Origin: an uncultured delta proteobacterium
GTDB taxonomy: Bacteria > Desulfobacterota > Binatia > UBA9968
Reading direction: 5' to 3'
DNA length: 64,000 bases
Assembly (NCBI GenBank): GCA_963760795.1
Contig: CAVXEP010000020.1
Span: 1 to 64,000, forward strand
Shown: in pieces, positions 43,449 to 53,650 of the stretch
How positions within the stretch are numbered: the first letter of the stretch is position 1
Layout: each line of letters opens with the position of its first letter
Made by a program: the position numbers and the translations under genes
The notes under the pieces: model-generated
Told to the model about the DNA's origin: nothing
The model's database searches: none
What the model saw: only the letters and a program-made list of their open reading frames with translations

Positions 43449-44663
43449 TTAAGTAATCGAGACCATCCCCGGCGTGCGCTGAACCAGCGGCTCCCCACCC
43501 TTATCCGTCACCAGCACGCACCCGCCCCAGCTAGTGTCGAAGGTGCCGTCGGCGCTATGGGCGATCGGTTTTAGAATAAACACGTTGCCCGCCTCGAGCC
43601 CGACCTCGCGATTGCGCATGCCGCGGTTTTGCGGCGTGAACAACGGACCGTCGTCGCCGTAGCCGCGTCCATGCATGAGCAGCTGGCTTTTCATGCCGCG
43701 CTTCTCGCCAAAAGTATTAATCAGATCCATGAATTCGGCGAAGGGGCGGCCCGGCGTGAGATATTCCAGGCCGGCGTAATACATTTCCTTTTGCAGCTCG
43801 ATGGCGGGCTTCCACGACTCGGGAATGGCACCCAAGAGAATCGGCTGCTGCTCCTGGGCGATCAGCCCGCCGAACACCGCATCGACTTCGTTGGCGATCT
43901 TGTACATCGGCTGGAGCGTGCGCCCTTCCATCGGATCTTCAAAGCGCGGCAAGCGCCCGCCGCCGTTGGCGCCGCTGTAGAACGCCATCGGATAGTATTC
44001 GCTGCCGAGCGAGATCATCCGGTGCATCACCTGGGTGTACAGATAACCCTCGTCGACACCCGGCCGCGCCAGCTCGATCATCTTATCGATGCCCGCCGCG
44101 GCGATCGCCGCGCCGCGCCGCAGGCAAGCGATCTGCTCCGCGCTTTTGACATAACGCGCATAACCGATCGCCTCCGTGCCGTTTTCAAAACTCGCGTTGG
44201 GCAAACGCTTGATTACTTCGGCGTAGGAGCTGTGATTGACCACGCCGTGGAACGCGCGCCCATGGGTGTAAAACCCCCGGTGGGTGCCGGAGACACCGAT
44301 GCGCGCGCGCTCCATGCCGGCGTCGATCAGCGCCTGCGCCATCGTTTGGCCCCAGGAACCTTGCACCGGGAGAAACTCGGGAATCCACGCGTTACCGTCT
44401 TCCTGGTCGGAAATCACGATTGGCTTGCGGCCATCGGTGGGCAGAATTACCGCCGCGTTGTCGAGCGTAGTCAGAAACCGGCAGTCCGAGCGCGTGCCGC
44501 GATGCTGCTCCAGGGACAAATGCAGATTGCGCCCGTCCACACATAGCGGTACGAATACACAGTCAAACCCCGCCTTCGCCGCGTTATCGCGCACCCGCTG
44601 CCAACGCCAGTCGCGCTCCGCCAAAGAATAGCCGGTCCATTTGATATCTGCTGGGGCTTCCAT
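43449..44663 (-). CDS. M24 family protein, tandem paralogue
   Basis: YSLAERDWRW, RYVKSAEQI, HGRGYGDDGP. Confidence 0.8.
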   Translation of the reverse strand: MEAPADIKWTGYSLAERDWRWQRVRDNAAKAGFDCVFVPLCVDGRNLHLSLEQHRGTRSDCRFLTTLDNAAVILPTDGRKPIVISDQEDGNAWIPEFLPVQGSWGQTMAQALIDAGMERARIGVSGTHRGFYTHGRAFHGVVNHSSYAEVIKRLPNASFENGTEAIGYARYVKSAEQIACLRRGAAIAAAGIDKMIELARPGVDEGYLYTQVMHRMISLGSEYYPMAFYSGANGGGRLPRFEDPMEGRTLQPMYKIANEVDAVFGGLIAQEQQPILLGAIPESWKPAIELQKEMYYAGLEYLTPGRPFAEFMDLINTFGEKRGMKSQLLMHGRGYGDDGPLFTPQNRGMRNREVGLEAGNVFILKPIAHSADGTFDTSWGGCVLVTDKGGEPLVQRTPGMVSIT

Positions 44664-44761
44664 TTACGTGACCGTCCCTTCAGTTCGCTCGCCGCGTGAT
44701 CACCGAAACGGTTTGAACGATTTGAACTGTTTGAACCTTTTGAACAAATTTTTTCAATGAC

Positions 44762-45738
44762 TCACCGGCGCTGCAACACTTCCGGATTAGCAACATGAAT
44801 CGGCTTGCCGGCGAGATACGCCATGATTTGTTCCACCGCCAAGCCATAGTGAATCTCATAGGTCTCGGCGGTAACGAAGCCCAGATGCGGCGTGCAGATC
44901 GCGTTGTCGAGCTTGAGCAGTGGATGATCGGCAGCGAAGATCGGTTCGTCTTCGTAGACATCGACGGCGGCGAAACCCGGTCGCCCCATTTTTAGGGCAT
45001 CGACCAATGCGCCATCTTCGATCAGCTTCGCCCGGCTGGTGTTGACCAGCAGCGCCGTCGGCTTCATGCGCGCCAAATCCGAACCGCGTGATAATCCCGC
45101 GAGTCTCGCGCACCATCGGCAAGTGCAGCGTCAAAATATCCGACTCGGCAAAAAATTCTTCGCGGCTGCGCCGCCACTTCGTAACCCGCGAGCCGCGCCC
45201 GCGCCAACGAAGCGCCGCGCCCCCAGCAAAGCACCCGCGCGCCAAAGGCCTTACCGATATTCGCGACGATGGAACCGATACCGCCGAGGGCGTAGACCCC
45301 TAACGTCTTGCCGAAGATATCGACACCCACGGTCGACTGCCAGCGTCCCTGGCGCAGCCCGTGAACTTCTTCGGGTACATGGCGCAGCGCCGCCAGTATC
45401 AGCGCCCAGGTTAGCTCCGCGGTGGAATGAGGCCGGCCCTTGCCGCCGGCGCACACCATCACGCCGCGCTCGGTGCATGATTTGAGATCGATATGGGCGG
45501 TCACGCGCCCCGTCTGGCTGATCAGCCGTAAGTTGGGTAACGCCTCAAGCAACGGACGGCGTATCCATGACCGCTGCTGCGTCAAGATAACGCACTCGGC
45601 ATCGCTCAGTCGTCCAGCAAGCTGCGCCGGATCCTTCAGCGTATCGTTGTAAATCTCGACCTCATGTCCGGCAAGCTTAGAGAAGCAGGACATCTGCCGG
45701 AAGGCATCCTGGTAATCGTCGATAACGGTGATCTTCAT
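44762..45738 (-). CDS. D-2-hydroxyacid dehydrogenase (frameshifts near 45170 and 45080)
   Basis: MKITVIDDYQ, STAELTW, LVNTSRA, VDVYEDEP, TPHLG. Confidence 0.88.
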
Positions 45739-45762
45739 TGGCTAGGAATTGGTTGACTGATT

Positions 45763-46007
45763 TTCACCGCAGAGACGCTGAGGGCACAGAGGAAATACAA
45801 AACGTCATGATTACGATACGACTAAGCGCAAATGGATTCCGAATTACGCACATTCAAGACCGAGACCACCACTCCGCCGCCCCAGGGCGTATGCCATACG
45901 CCCCTACATTCGGATTTCCTCTTGGAATTTACTTTGTGCCATTTGCGTTCTTTGCGACCATTCATCCGAATCCGATTTTTTGTGACCTTTGTGCTCTTTG
46001 TGGTCAA
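45763..46007. repeat. Mosaic of REP-like repeats
   Basis: GGGCGTATGCCATACGCCCCTAC palindrome in an ~60-bp unit nearly identical to 53411-53472, plus 9-bp periodic units. Confidence 0.75.
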
Positions 46008-46017
46008 AACTTTTCGA

Positions 46018-46488
46018 TCACTCATCCTCGCCGAGCATCGTGCCGCGGCAGCGCTTGGCGCCGCACAGGCAGGCATGGTCGCGCTTGGCTTTCTTGGTGT
46101 GCTTCTCGCCGATCTGCAGGTTGTAATCGTAGGCGAGCTCTTCGCCGGGACGAATATCGCGGCGCGCTTCGATAAACACCCGGTGATTTTCTTCCTCGAT
46201 CTCGCAGTTGGGCGCGCAAGAGTGATTGATCCAGCGCGCCGAATTTCCCCCGCGGGTAGCGTCGATCACCAACTCATCGTCGACGGAAAACAACATCGTG
46301 TGCGACGAGTTTTCATGAAGCCGGCCGAAACGCCGGTCCGCCTCTTTGTCGGTTATCAGCTTGCCTTTGTACTCGATAATCCGCGTGCCCTTGGGAATCG
46401 GCCGCAGCGCGAATACCCCGCGTCCATGGATCGGCGAGTTGCGCACGACGATGCGCCGGTGAATCTTTTTGCCTTTGGTCTTTTTCAT
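46018..46488 (-). CDS. SET-domain lysine methyltransferase with post-SET motif
   Basis: HGRGVFA, ARWINHSCAPNC, GEELAYDY, CLCGAKRCRG. Confidence 0.93.
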   Translation of the reverse strand: MKKTKGKKIHRRIVVRNSPIHGRGVFALRPIPKGTRIIEYKGKLITDKEADRRFGRLHENSSHTMLFSVDDELVIDATRGGNSARWINHSCAPNCEIEEENHRVFIEARRDIRPGEELAYDYNLQIGEKHTKKAKRDHACLCGAKRCRGTMLGEDE

Positions 46489-46517
46489 ATTCTTAGATTA
46501 TTGAGCGCGCGCGGAGC

Positions 46518-47949
46518 TTAATCCTTGTCCATAGATTTGACGAATTGCATCATGCGCTCGGCCGGCGCCGGGTCTTGATAAGAAGCGTAGAGCCGTTGGC
46601 GCATGCGGTCGACTTCACCGCTCTGCAAGCGCTCGTAGAGCTGGCTGCGCTTGCCGAACGGCGTCATGACCATATCCGCGGCCACCGCCATCAGAGCGCA
46701 GGTGCTCTTTGGTATCCGGCGCGCCGCCGCGGAAGTAGCGCTCGACAAACGGCCCGAGGTCGGCGCTTTTCAAGTCCGACGCGCCGCCGCTCAACATCAG
46801 CGTGCTGGTCAACAAACCTTCCATGGTCCGCTCGGCGCGGTCCGACGCTTCGATGCTGTGAACCCGATACGCCGAGCTCAACAGCGGCGCCCAGGTGCCG
46901 CCGCCGGCGCGGTAGCCTTTCGACTCGGCCACTTGAATGCACGAGCGCAGGATTTCGATGTCCTGCATCAAACTCGCCAGCAGGATCTGCGACGGCGGGC
47001 TGGTGTTGCGCTTGGCGTACTGCGTCAAGATCTGCGCCACGCCGAGAAATGCCTCGAGCTTGATCACCAGCCGCAGCATCGTCGAGTACTGCCCCCAGGT
47101 GTGAATGTACATAATTCCTGAAAGCAGCTGCGGATCTTTGTAAACGAACATGCGCTCCCACGGCACGACGACATCGTCGAAGATCAGCGCCGCATCGACT
47201 TCGTCGAAGCGCGTGGTCAGCGGCTGGCGCTCGGGATCGGCATGTTCGGCGTAAAGATCGCGGCAGAGAATTTTTAATCCCTTGGTGTTCATCGGGATGG
47301 CGAAGGCGATGGCGTAATCTTGCTCGTCCGGTTCCCGCGGCCGGTTCGGATAGACGATCACCTCGTCGGCGATCGGCGCCAAGGTCGCCAGCGTGCGCAA
47401 GCCGCGCACTACGGGACCTTCCTTGGTCTCGCCGACGACCCGCAGAATCAGATCGGGATCGGCCTGTTTGCCCACCGGCTTGGTGCGGTCGTAGTACTGG
47501 TCGGTCAAGGCGTGGGTGAGACAGAGGTCGTTGCGGCTGACATAGCGATGATAGGCGCGGGCGTTGTCGGCCCATTGCTTGTTGGTCTTTTCGATATGAT
47601 GGGACCAGTCGAGCAGTCCAACCACCAGCTCGGCGACGAACTCCGGGTAGCGCCCCATCTGGCCGAAGGTCTGCTGCGCCCAGAATTCGATATTGCGCCG
47701 CTTGAGCAGAAGCTCGTCATGATTCTTCGGCGGCAGGTAGCTGTAGGAAATCCGCTCGCCTTCGTACTCGCAGGTCATGACATCGCGATGCTCCGGCGCA
47801 TGCTGCTTGTCGTACATATCAGCCAAGGTCTTGATCGTGCCGGTGAAACCGGAATGCGCCGTCACGTCGGCAATGCGCTTACCCGCATGCCACACCTCGC
47901 GGCCGTCGCGCAGCGCCTCGATATAATCCGCCCCTCGTCTAATGGGCAT
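46518..47949 (-). CDS. 4-hydroxyphenylacetate 3-hydroxylase (HpaB)-family flavin monooxygenase (frameshift near 46693)
   Basis: YIEALRDGREVW, MGRYPEF, RFDEVDA..FDDVVVPWERMF, RSQLYER. Confidence 0.88.
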
Positions 47950-48146
47950 GAGAAAAAACCTCCAGAGCCGATATTACTGCTGTTGAAAGCACCAAACTTT
48001 ATAGCGTTAATCCGACACCGCAAGCAACCGCCTGACACTTGTTCATGGATTCTAAACCAGCTAACTGCGCTCAGGTTGACAGCCGGAGCGCCAGCAGGTT
48101 AAGACCGCGCTAGCACCAGGCTGATCCGACGAGTGGGGAGCATGCC

Positions 48147-49136
48147 ATGATCATCAAGGTGCTGATTGCTCTGAACCTGTTGTTGTTCGCTTCGAGCAAC
48201 GGATACACCGGACAAGCGTCGAGCGCGCCGCTTTCCATGCGCTTTCTCTACCCAAGCCTGAGCGGCACCTTCGCCGCGGCTTGGATCGCCAAGGAAACGG
48301 GATACTTTGCCGCGGAAAATCTCGACGTCGAACTGATTCGCGTCGGCGGCAGCACGCGCATCGTCGCGTCCATGGTCGGCGGCAGCGCGCCGATCATTCA
48401 TGCCGGCGCCTCCGCCAGCATGGCCGCCACCGTGGCGGGCAGCGATTCGGTGATCATCGGCTGCATGAGCACCAAGTCGCCGTTTCATCTGATCGCCCGT
48501 CCGGAGATCAAGCAACCCAGCGATCTAAAAGGCAAGCGCGCCGGCATCAGCGCTTTCGGCGCGACTTCTGATTTTCTCGTGCGGCTGGCGCTGCGCAGGT
48601 TCGGCTTGGAACCGGGCAAGGACGTGGCGATCTTGCCCACCGGCGGCGAGTCGGAAGCCTTCGCCGCATTGCAGGCGGGCAGCGTGCAGGTCGCCGCCTT
48701 GGCCTATCCCGCCTACATCCACGCAATGAAGATGGACATGAAAGAGTTGGTCAATTTTTCCGAGCTCGGTTTCGAAGCGGTAAACGCCGCGCTGGTCAGC
48801 ACCCGCTCCTATCTGGCCAACAATCGCGATCAATCCACCCGCTTCGTCCGCGCCCTCATCCGCGGCATGCACCGTTACGCCAGCGACAAAGAGTTCAGCA
48901 AAAAAGTCTTGAGCAAGTACTTTCGCACCACCGATAACGACGTGCTCGAAGCGAGCTGGAAAGATGTCGCGCCGCATCTGCTAAAAGTGCCGCGCCCATC
49001 GGCGAAAGCGATCCAGTTCATCATCGATGGCCAGTTCAAAGACAAAACCCCGCCGCCCAAAGCGGAAATGTTCGTCGACACCTCGATCGTCGATCAGCTC
49101 GAACGCAGCGGCTTTATCGATTCGGTGTACCGGTGA
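48147..49136 (+). CDS. ABC transporter substrate-binding protein, NMT1/TauA-like
   Basis: WIAKETGYF, DLKGKRAGIS, LERSGFIDSVY. Confidence 0.88.
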   Translation: MIIKVLIALNLLLFASSNGYTGQASSAPLSMRFLYPSLSGTFAAAWIAKETGYFAAENLDVELIRVGGSTRIVASMVGGSAPIIHAGASASMAATVAGSDSVIIGCMSTKSPFHLIARPEIKQPSDLKGKRAGISAFGATSDFLVRLALRRFGLEPGKDVAILPTGGESEAFAALQAGSVQVAALAYPAYIHAMKMDMKELVNFSELGFEAVNAALVSTRSYLANNRDQSTRFVRALIRGMHRYASDKEFSKKVLSKYFRTTDNDVLEASWKDVAPHLLKVPRPSAKAIQFIIDGQFKDKTPPPKAEMFVDTSIVDQLERSGFIDSVYR

Positions 49137-49316
49137 TGATTTGCCGCGTTAACTGCGCAACAGAGAAGGTCGTCGGGCAGGTTTCTCGCGCCGAAAATTA
49201 GGAACGAATCGGCTAATTCATCGCAGAGACGCCGAGGATGCCAGGGGGGAGAGGAATATACTCTCTGCGAACTCTGCGCCTCTGCGGTGAGTCTTTTCTG
49301 TCTCTAGTAATTGGCT

Positions 49317-49751
49317 CTAATTCTTCTTCCCCGGCTCAGCTTGATAACCCTGTTCTTTCCACTGATTAACCGGGCAAAACGTCGTGCTCTGAAAACCCAT
49401 CTCTTCGGCTAGCTTCGCAGCCTGCGAGCTTTGACGTCCACTGCCTCAGGTGAAGACAATGTAGGTGTCCTTGGCCAGTTTCTTTAGATGGCCGTCGAGT
49501 ACTTCGAGTGGAATATTGATCGCCCCGGGAATGGTTTCTTTCTGGAACTGCTCCGGCGCGCGCACGTCGATAATCAAGATTTTGCCGGCATCGAGTTCTT
49601 TCTTGAGCTCGTCGGCCGGTTTTGGCTTGGCGCCCACCGCCCAGTTGGTCTTGGGATCCACCGGGTAGCGCGGTTGCGCTTGGGCCGCGAACGAAAATGT
49701 TGTCCACAGGATGACCGTAAGCAAACCAACGACAGCTACTTGTGGCTTCAT
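49317..49751 (-). CDS. Exported rhodanese-domain selenoprotein (Sec at TGA 49446-49448)
   Basis: Signal peptide; IIDVR..IPGAINIP..IVFT-TGA-GSGRQSSQAAKLAEEMGF..WKEQGY; open to TAG 49317; SECIS-like hairpin at 49411-49430. Confidence 0.85.
49411..49430 (-). promoter_or_regulatory. Putative SECIS element
   Basis: AGCUCGCA-GGC-UGCGAAGCU hairpin; CAGGCTG begins 21 nt after the UGA. Confidence 0.75.
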
Positions 49752-49786
49752 ATCCGCTCCTTTCAAAGTCGTGCGAAATTATTTTT

Positions 49787-50308
49787 TCAACCGCGATCCG
49801 ACAATTCGAACGCCAGTGTTGCATAGCGCATGAAAACACCGCCGCGCGGTTCCGCCAGCGGACCGTTGGCGACCAGGCATGCGATCACATGCTTGGCGCC
49901 CGGCTGCGCTTTGGCGCTCACCTCAACGCGCTGCGACGCGTTGATGCCGACGATGGTTCCGGCCGGCCGCTCGATCTTGCCGTCGATCCAAATCTCGCCG
50001 TAGTTATCGACGTTGGTTTCGAAGAATACCCGGTAATCGCGCAACGCCACGCCGTTCACCTGCTCCGGCAGCTCGACGGCGATGCGATACCAAGCAAACG
50101 TGAAACCCTTGGAGATACTGCTGCGAATATTGGTGCAAACTGCCCAACCTGAATCATCGAAGTCCGCCAACCGCGGTGGCGCGGCCAATAGCTGCGCTGT
50201 AAGCCCTTCATTCGGCTGGCCCGGCACCAACCCGGGTCCAATGCGCCACTGCCCTTTGACCTTTCGACAATCCTCCGCACTATTCAAATCCAAAGCTATC
50301 CTCGGCAT
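49787..50308 (-). CDS. Hypothetical protein with galactose-binding/GH2 N-terminal-like jelly-roll domain
   Basis: FDDSGW, FAWYR, VDNYGEIWIDG motifs. Confidence 0.65.
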   Translation of the reverse strand: MPRIALDLNSAEDCRKVKGQWRIGPGLVPGQPNEGLTAQLLAAPPRLADFDDSGWAVCTNIRSSISKGFTFAWYRIAVELPEQVNGVALRDYRVFFETNVDNYGEIWIDGKIERPAGTIVGINASQRVEVSAKAQPGAKHVIACLVANGPLAEPRGGVFMRYATLAFELSDRG

Positions 50309-50354
50309 GCTTACCTCCTAAAAGTGAATGATTACCGTAATGCAAAATACTTTT

Positions 50355-50825
50355 TTCACCACGAAGTGTTCATGATCTTACGCTCGCCTACAGAATATGA
50401 AAATGGTTGGGATTCCCTCCATACGCGGTCTGCTTGACGCGTCGTTCCCGCGCACGCGGGAATCCAGGTTTGATCTGCGCCAAATTAGCCTGGATACCCG
50501 CTTTCGCGGGTATGACGGAACCAACGTTTCCTCTTCATTGTGGAGACCCTCACCTTACATGTATTTTCTAAGGAGGGGCACGAAGAACACGAAGGTTTCG
50601 GAGAATAATTATTCCGAACTTCGTGCTCTTCGTGTCCTTCGTGGTGAATACAATCTTGCTACTCTGCGCCATTACGACGGGCGTATACCATACGCCCCGA
50701 CAAACCTGAACGGTGCGTACAGCGCACCCTACGAAGACTTACCTTTGCGCCTTGGCGCCTTTGCGCGAGATATTCCGATTGCCTTGATTCTCTTTATGCG
50801 CCCTTTGCGTTCTTTGCGGCCAATC
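50355..50825. repeat. Large REP/MITE mosaic
   Basis: Segment 50371-50522 homologous to 56599-56750, nested between CACGAAG repeat units, plus GGGCGTATACCATACGCCC and GGTGCGTACAGCGCACCCTAC palindromes. Confidence 0.8.
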
Positions 50826-50854
50826 TTTCAGCTGCTTGCGCCGTCGCGCGCGCG

Positions 50855-52207
50855 TTAACCTCGGAGAATCTCCGTCAACGATCTTACGTTATCGACTTTT
50901 TCCAAACCCTCGATTAGCGCCAACGCGCGCTCAGCCGCTTCGGCGCTCAAGGTTTCGCGCGCGCACTCGGTAAACTTGCCTCTCAGCTCCGCTTCCGTCA
51001 TGGGAAATTCCGGACTGCCTTTGGAGTGCTGTGCCTCGCGAATATAGGTCTGGCCGCTTTTCGTGCGCAACGTCACCCGGCAGGGGCGGCCGCTCGGGTC
51101 GGTCTTTTTTAGATCATTGCCAAGATTCATCTGCACTCTTTCCGCCAGTTTCAACACATTCGCTTCGCGCACGGCGGCGTCGGTGAATGCATGTAACGAC
51201 ACTTTACCGTCGATCAGCGCCCGCGCCACCAGATAAGGCATGCAAAACTTTCCCTGGATGCTGGTTTGCGGCACTTTGAAAACGATGCGCTCGAAGGTGT
51301 GTTTGGCGACGTCGACGTCGATGCCCTCGACCATCTCCGCAGTCAAGCCGTGTTTGGCTCTGAATTCCAATATCGAATCGATCGCCTGATGCGTCAGCCC
51401 GCCGCAAGGATAAGGCTTGATGCGAATGCCGTCGCTGAGCAGCGCGTAGGACCGGCCCAACTCTTCTATGGGCTTCTCGTCGATCGGCGCACCGGAATGA
51501 AGCACTTTGTAGAAGCCAAAGCCCGATTCGATCGCTTTACCGTTGGCGGTGAAGCCGGATTGCGCCAGCTTGGCCGCGAGCACGCCGTTGCGCGCGCCGA
51601 GGCCGACATGCAACGGCTTGGTCATAGTGCCAAAGTTGGCCACCACACCGCCGGCCATCGATGCCGACATGCCGAGCGCCATTTCAATTTGGGCGGCGTT
51701 GAGCCCGAGCAGCTTGCCGCATGCCGCCGCGGCGCCGAAGGAACCCAGCGTGCTCGGCGCGTGCCAGCCGTCATGTTCGCTGTCGCGCAGCGAGTGCACG
51801 AGCTTTGCCGTGACCTCATAACCAACCGCATAGGCTTCGATGATTTGCCGGCCGCTGGCGCCGAGCGCTTCTCCCAGCGCAAAGGTGGCGGGAATGATCG
51901 GCGCCGTCGGCTGGCCCATCAGGGTAAAGCTGTGATCGAAATCCATCGCGTGCGCCGCCGTGCCGTTCGCCAGCGCCGCGTTGAGCGCGGAAGTTTTGAA
52001 TCTTTGCCCGATGACCGTGGTTTCTTCCTTGGCCTGTTCCTGACGTGCTATCTCGGCGCAAATTTTCGCGTCCTCTTCCTTGCTGCCGGCGAGCGCCACA
52101 CCGAGGCAATCGCGCACAGCGATCTTAGCGGTGGCAATCGCCGCCGCCGGTAGACTTTCATATTTCGCATTGGCGACGAACTGAGCGATCTTTGCGGTTA
52201 CGTCCAT
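50855..52207 (-). CDS. MmgE/PrpD family protein
   Basis: NGTAAHAMDFD, GWHAPSTLG, TMTKPLHVG, KPYPCG. Confidence 0.92.
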   Translation of the reverse strand: MDVTAKIAQFVANAKYESLPAAAIATAKIAVRDCLGVALAGSKEEDAKICAEIARQEQAKEETTVIGQRFKTSALNAALANGTAAHAMDFDHSFTLMGQPTAPIIPATFALGEALGASGRQIIEAYAVGYEVTAKLVHSLRDSEHDGWHAPSTLGSFGAAAACGKLLGLNAAQIEMALGMSASMAGGVVANFGTMTKPLHVGLGARNGVLAAKLAQSGFTANGKAIESGFGFYKVLHSGAPIDEKPIEELGRSYALLSDGIRIKPYPCGGLTHQAIDSILEFRAKHGLTAEMVEGIDVDVAKHTFERIVFKVPQTSIQGKFCMPYLVARALIDGKVSLHAFTDAAVREANVLKLAERVQMNLGNDLKKTDPSGRPCRVTLRTKSGQTYIREAQHSKGSPEFPMTEAELRGKFTECARETLSAEAAERALALIEGLEKVDNVRSLTEILRG

Positions 52208-52319
52208 ATCATTCTCCTCACTTTACTGGGAATTTCAGATTGCAGATTGCATATCTCAGACCCAAGCCAACTGCGCTCAGTCGCGACAACCCGCTGGGCG
52301 ACTATCCGTCATAAATCTT

Positions 52320-53375
52320 TTAACTGCCAAGAATCTTTCTCGCCTGCTCGACCACTTCGGGCGGCTGATTCAAAACTTCCTTGACCAACGCCTCCAAGTC
52401 TTCCCCCGCCGCATACTCCACATCCATGCGCGCGCGTTTCGCTTCGGCCAACAGCTCGGAGTCCTTCAAGACATTGCGAAAACTCTCGCGCAGCATTTTG
52501 ACTCGATCCGGAGGCGTTCCTGGCGTGACCAGCACCGGCCGGCCGAACTCGCCGCCGGATAACAGCGCCTGGGCGACGCGCCGCTTGGTGCTGGCGACTT
52601 TGAACTCATCCAAGATCTCATAAATCGTCGGCGCCTCGGCCGCGCGCGGGTCGCGCTTGCGGCCGGATTGGAGCACATGGAAATCGAAACTTTTCTTATG
52701 CCAGGAATTGAAAGGTTCCCGGCCAAAGTGCGACGCCAGCGTGTGCGCCCGGCAAGCGATCTCGCCTTTTTCCACTGCCAAGTCGGCGTCGCTGCCACCT
52801 TGATAGCCTGACACCGAATTGATCTTCGCGCCCACGGTCAGCTCCAGGATCCGCGCGATGATGTAATCCGAGCTGGTGGTGCCGGAGCCGCCGCAACTGG
52901 GCGGCTGCTTAGCTCTGACGATATCGCCGACGGTTTTAAGTCCGGTATCGGCGCGCATGTAAAACATGATCGAATCCTGCGACGCCGAACCGAGCCAGTG
53001 AAATTTCCTGAGGTCGAACTGCGCTTCCTTACGGCCGATGAGCTGTTCGATGTAAATGCTGTTGTTCGGCAAGAGCACATGCAGGCCGTCCGGCTTGGCC
53101 ACGCCGTAAACGTAATTAGTCGCGCTGATCGAGCCGGCGCCGGGCATGTTGTGGACGATTACGTTGGGATTACCGGGGATATACTTGCCCCAATAGCGGG
53201 CGATGAGCCGAGCCCAAGAATCGTAGAAATTTGCCGTCGCCGAACCGACCACGAATCTGAGCGTCTTGCCTTTGTAAAATGACTCGCTCTGCGCTTCGGC
53301 AATCGCCAGCGGGAACAAGATCGCCGCAGCCAGCAACAAACAAATGTGAATGAGAGACAGTTTCGCTTTGGTCAT
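52320..53375 (-). CDS. Tripartite tricarboxylate transporter (Bug/TctC-like) binding protein
   Basis: FYKGKTLRFVVG, YIPGNPNVIVHNMPGAGS, PGTPPDRVKMLR. Confidence 0.87.
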   Translation of the reverse strand: MTKAKLSLIHICLLLAAAILFPLAIAEAQSESFYKGKTLRFVVGSATANFYDSWARLIARYWGKYIPGNPNVIVHNMPGAGSISATNYVYGVAKPDGLHVLLPNNSIYIEQLIGRKEAQFDLRKFHWLGSASQDSIMFYMRADTGLKTVGDIVRAKQPPSCGGSGTTSSDYIIARILELTVGAKINSVSGYQGGSDADLAVEKGEIACRAHTLASHFGREPFNSWHKKSFDFHVLQSGRKRDPRAAEAPTIYEILDEFKVASTKRRVAQALLSGGEFGRPVLVTPGTPPDRVKMLRESFRNVLKDSELLAEAKRARMDVEYAAGEDLEALVKEVLNQPPEVVEQARKILGS

Positions 53376-53650
53376 GGCGACATTCACTCCGGTGGTCGTT
53401 GGGCACTCGCCGCTCCGCCACCCCAGGGCGTATGCCATACGCCTCTACAATCGGATTTCTTCCTTGGAATTTTTTTGCGCTTTTTGCTGCGGTTAATTAT
53501 CCAATTCCAAACTTCGTGTCCTTCGTGATCTTCGTGGTGAGATCAAGACTTCTCGTCCTGCCACGACTTGATCATAGTCTCGAAAGCGCGAGCCTAGTCG
53601 ATGTTCTAACGAGCTGTCAACTGACAATGCGTCGACGCGCAAGGCGTTTC

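Noticed and set aside
46018-46488. Eukaryotic contamination suggested by the SET and RRM genes
   Set aside because: Both are intronless, have bacterial-type architecture and sit in a contiguous bacterial gene context
50397-50858. 153-aa ORF, and similar ORFs at 45738-46175 and 56374-56805
   Set aside because: They are translations of REP/MITE mosaics, not plausible proteins
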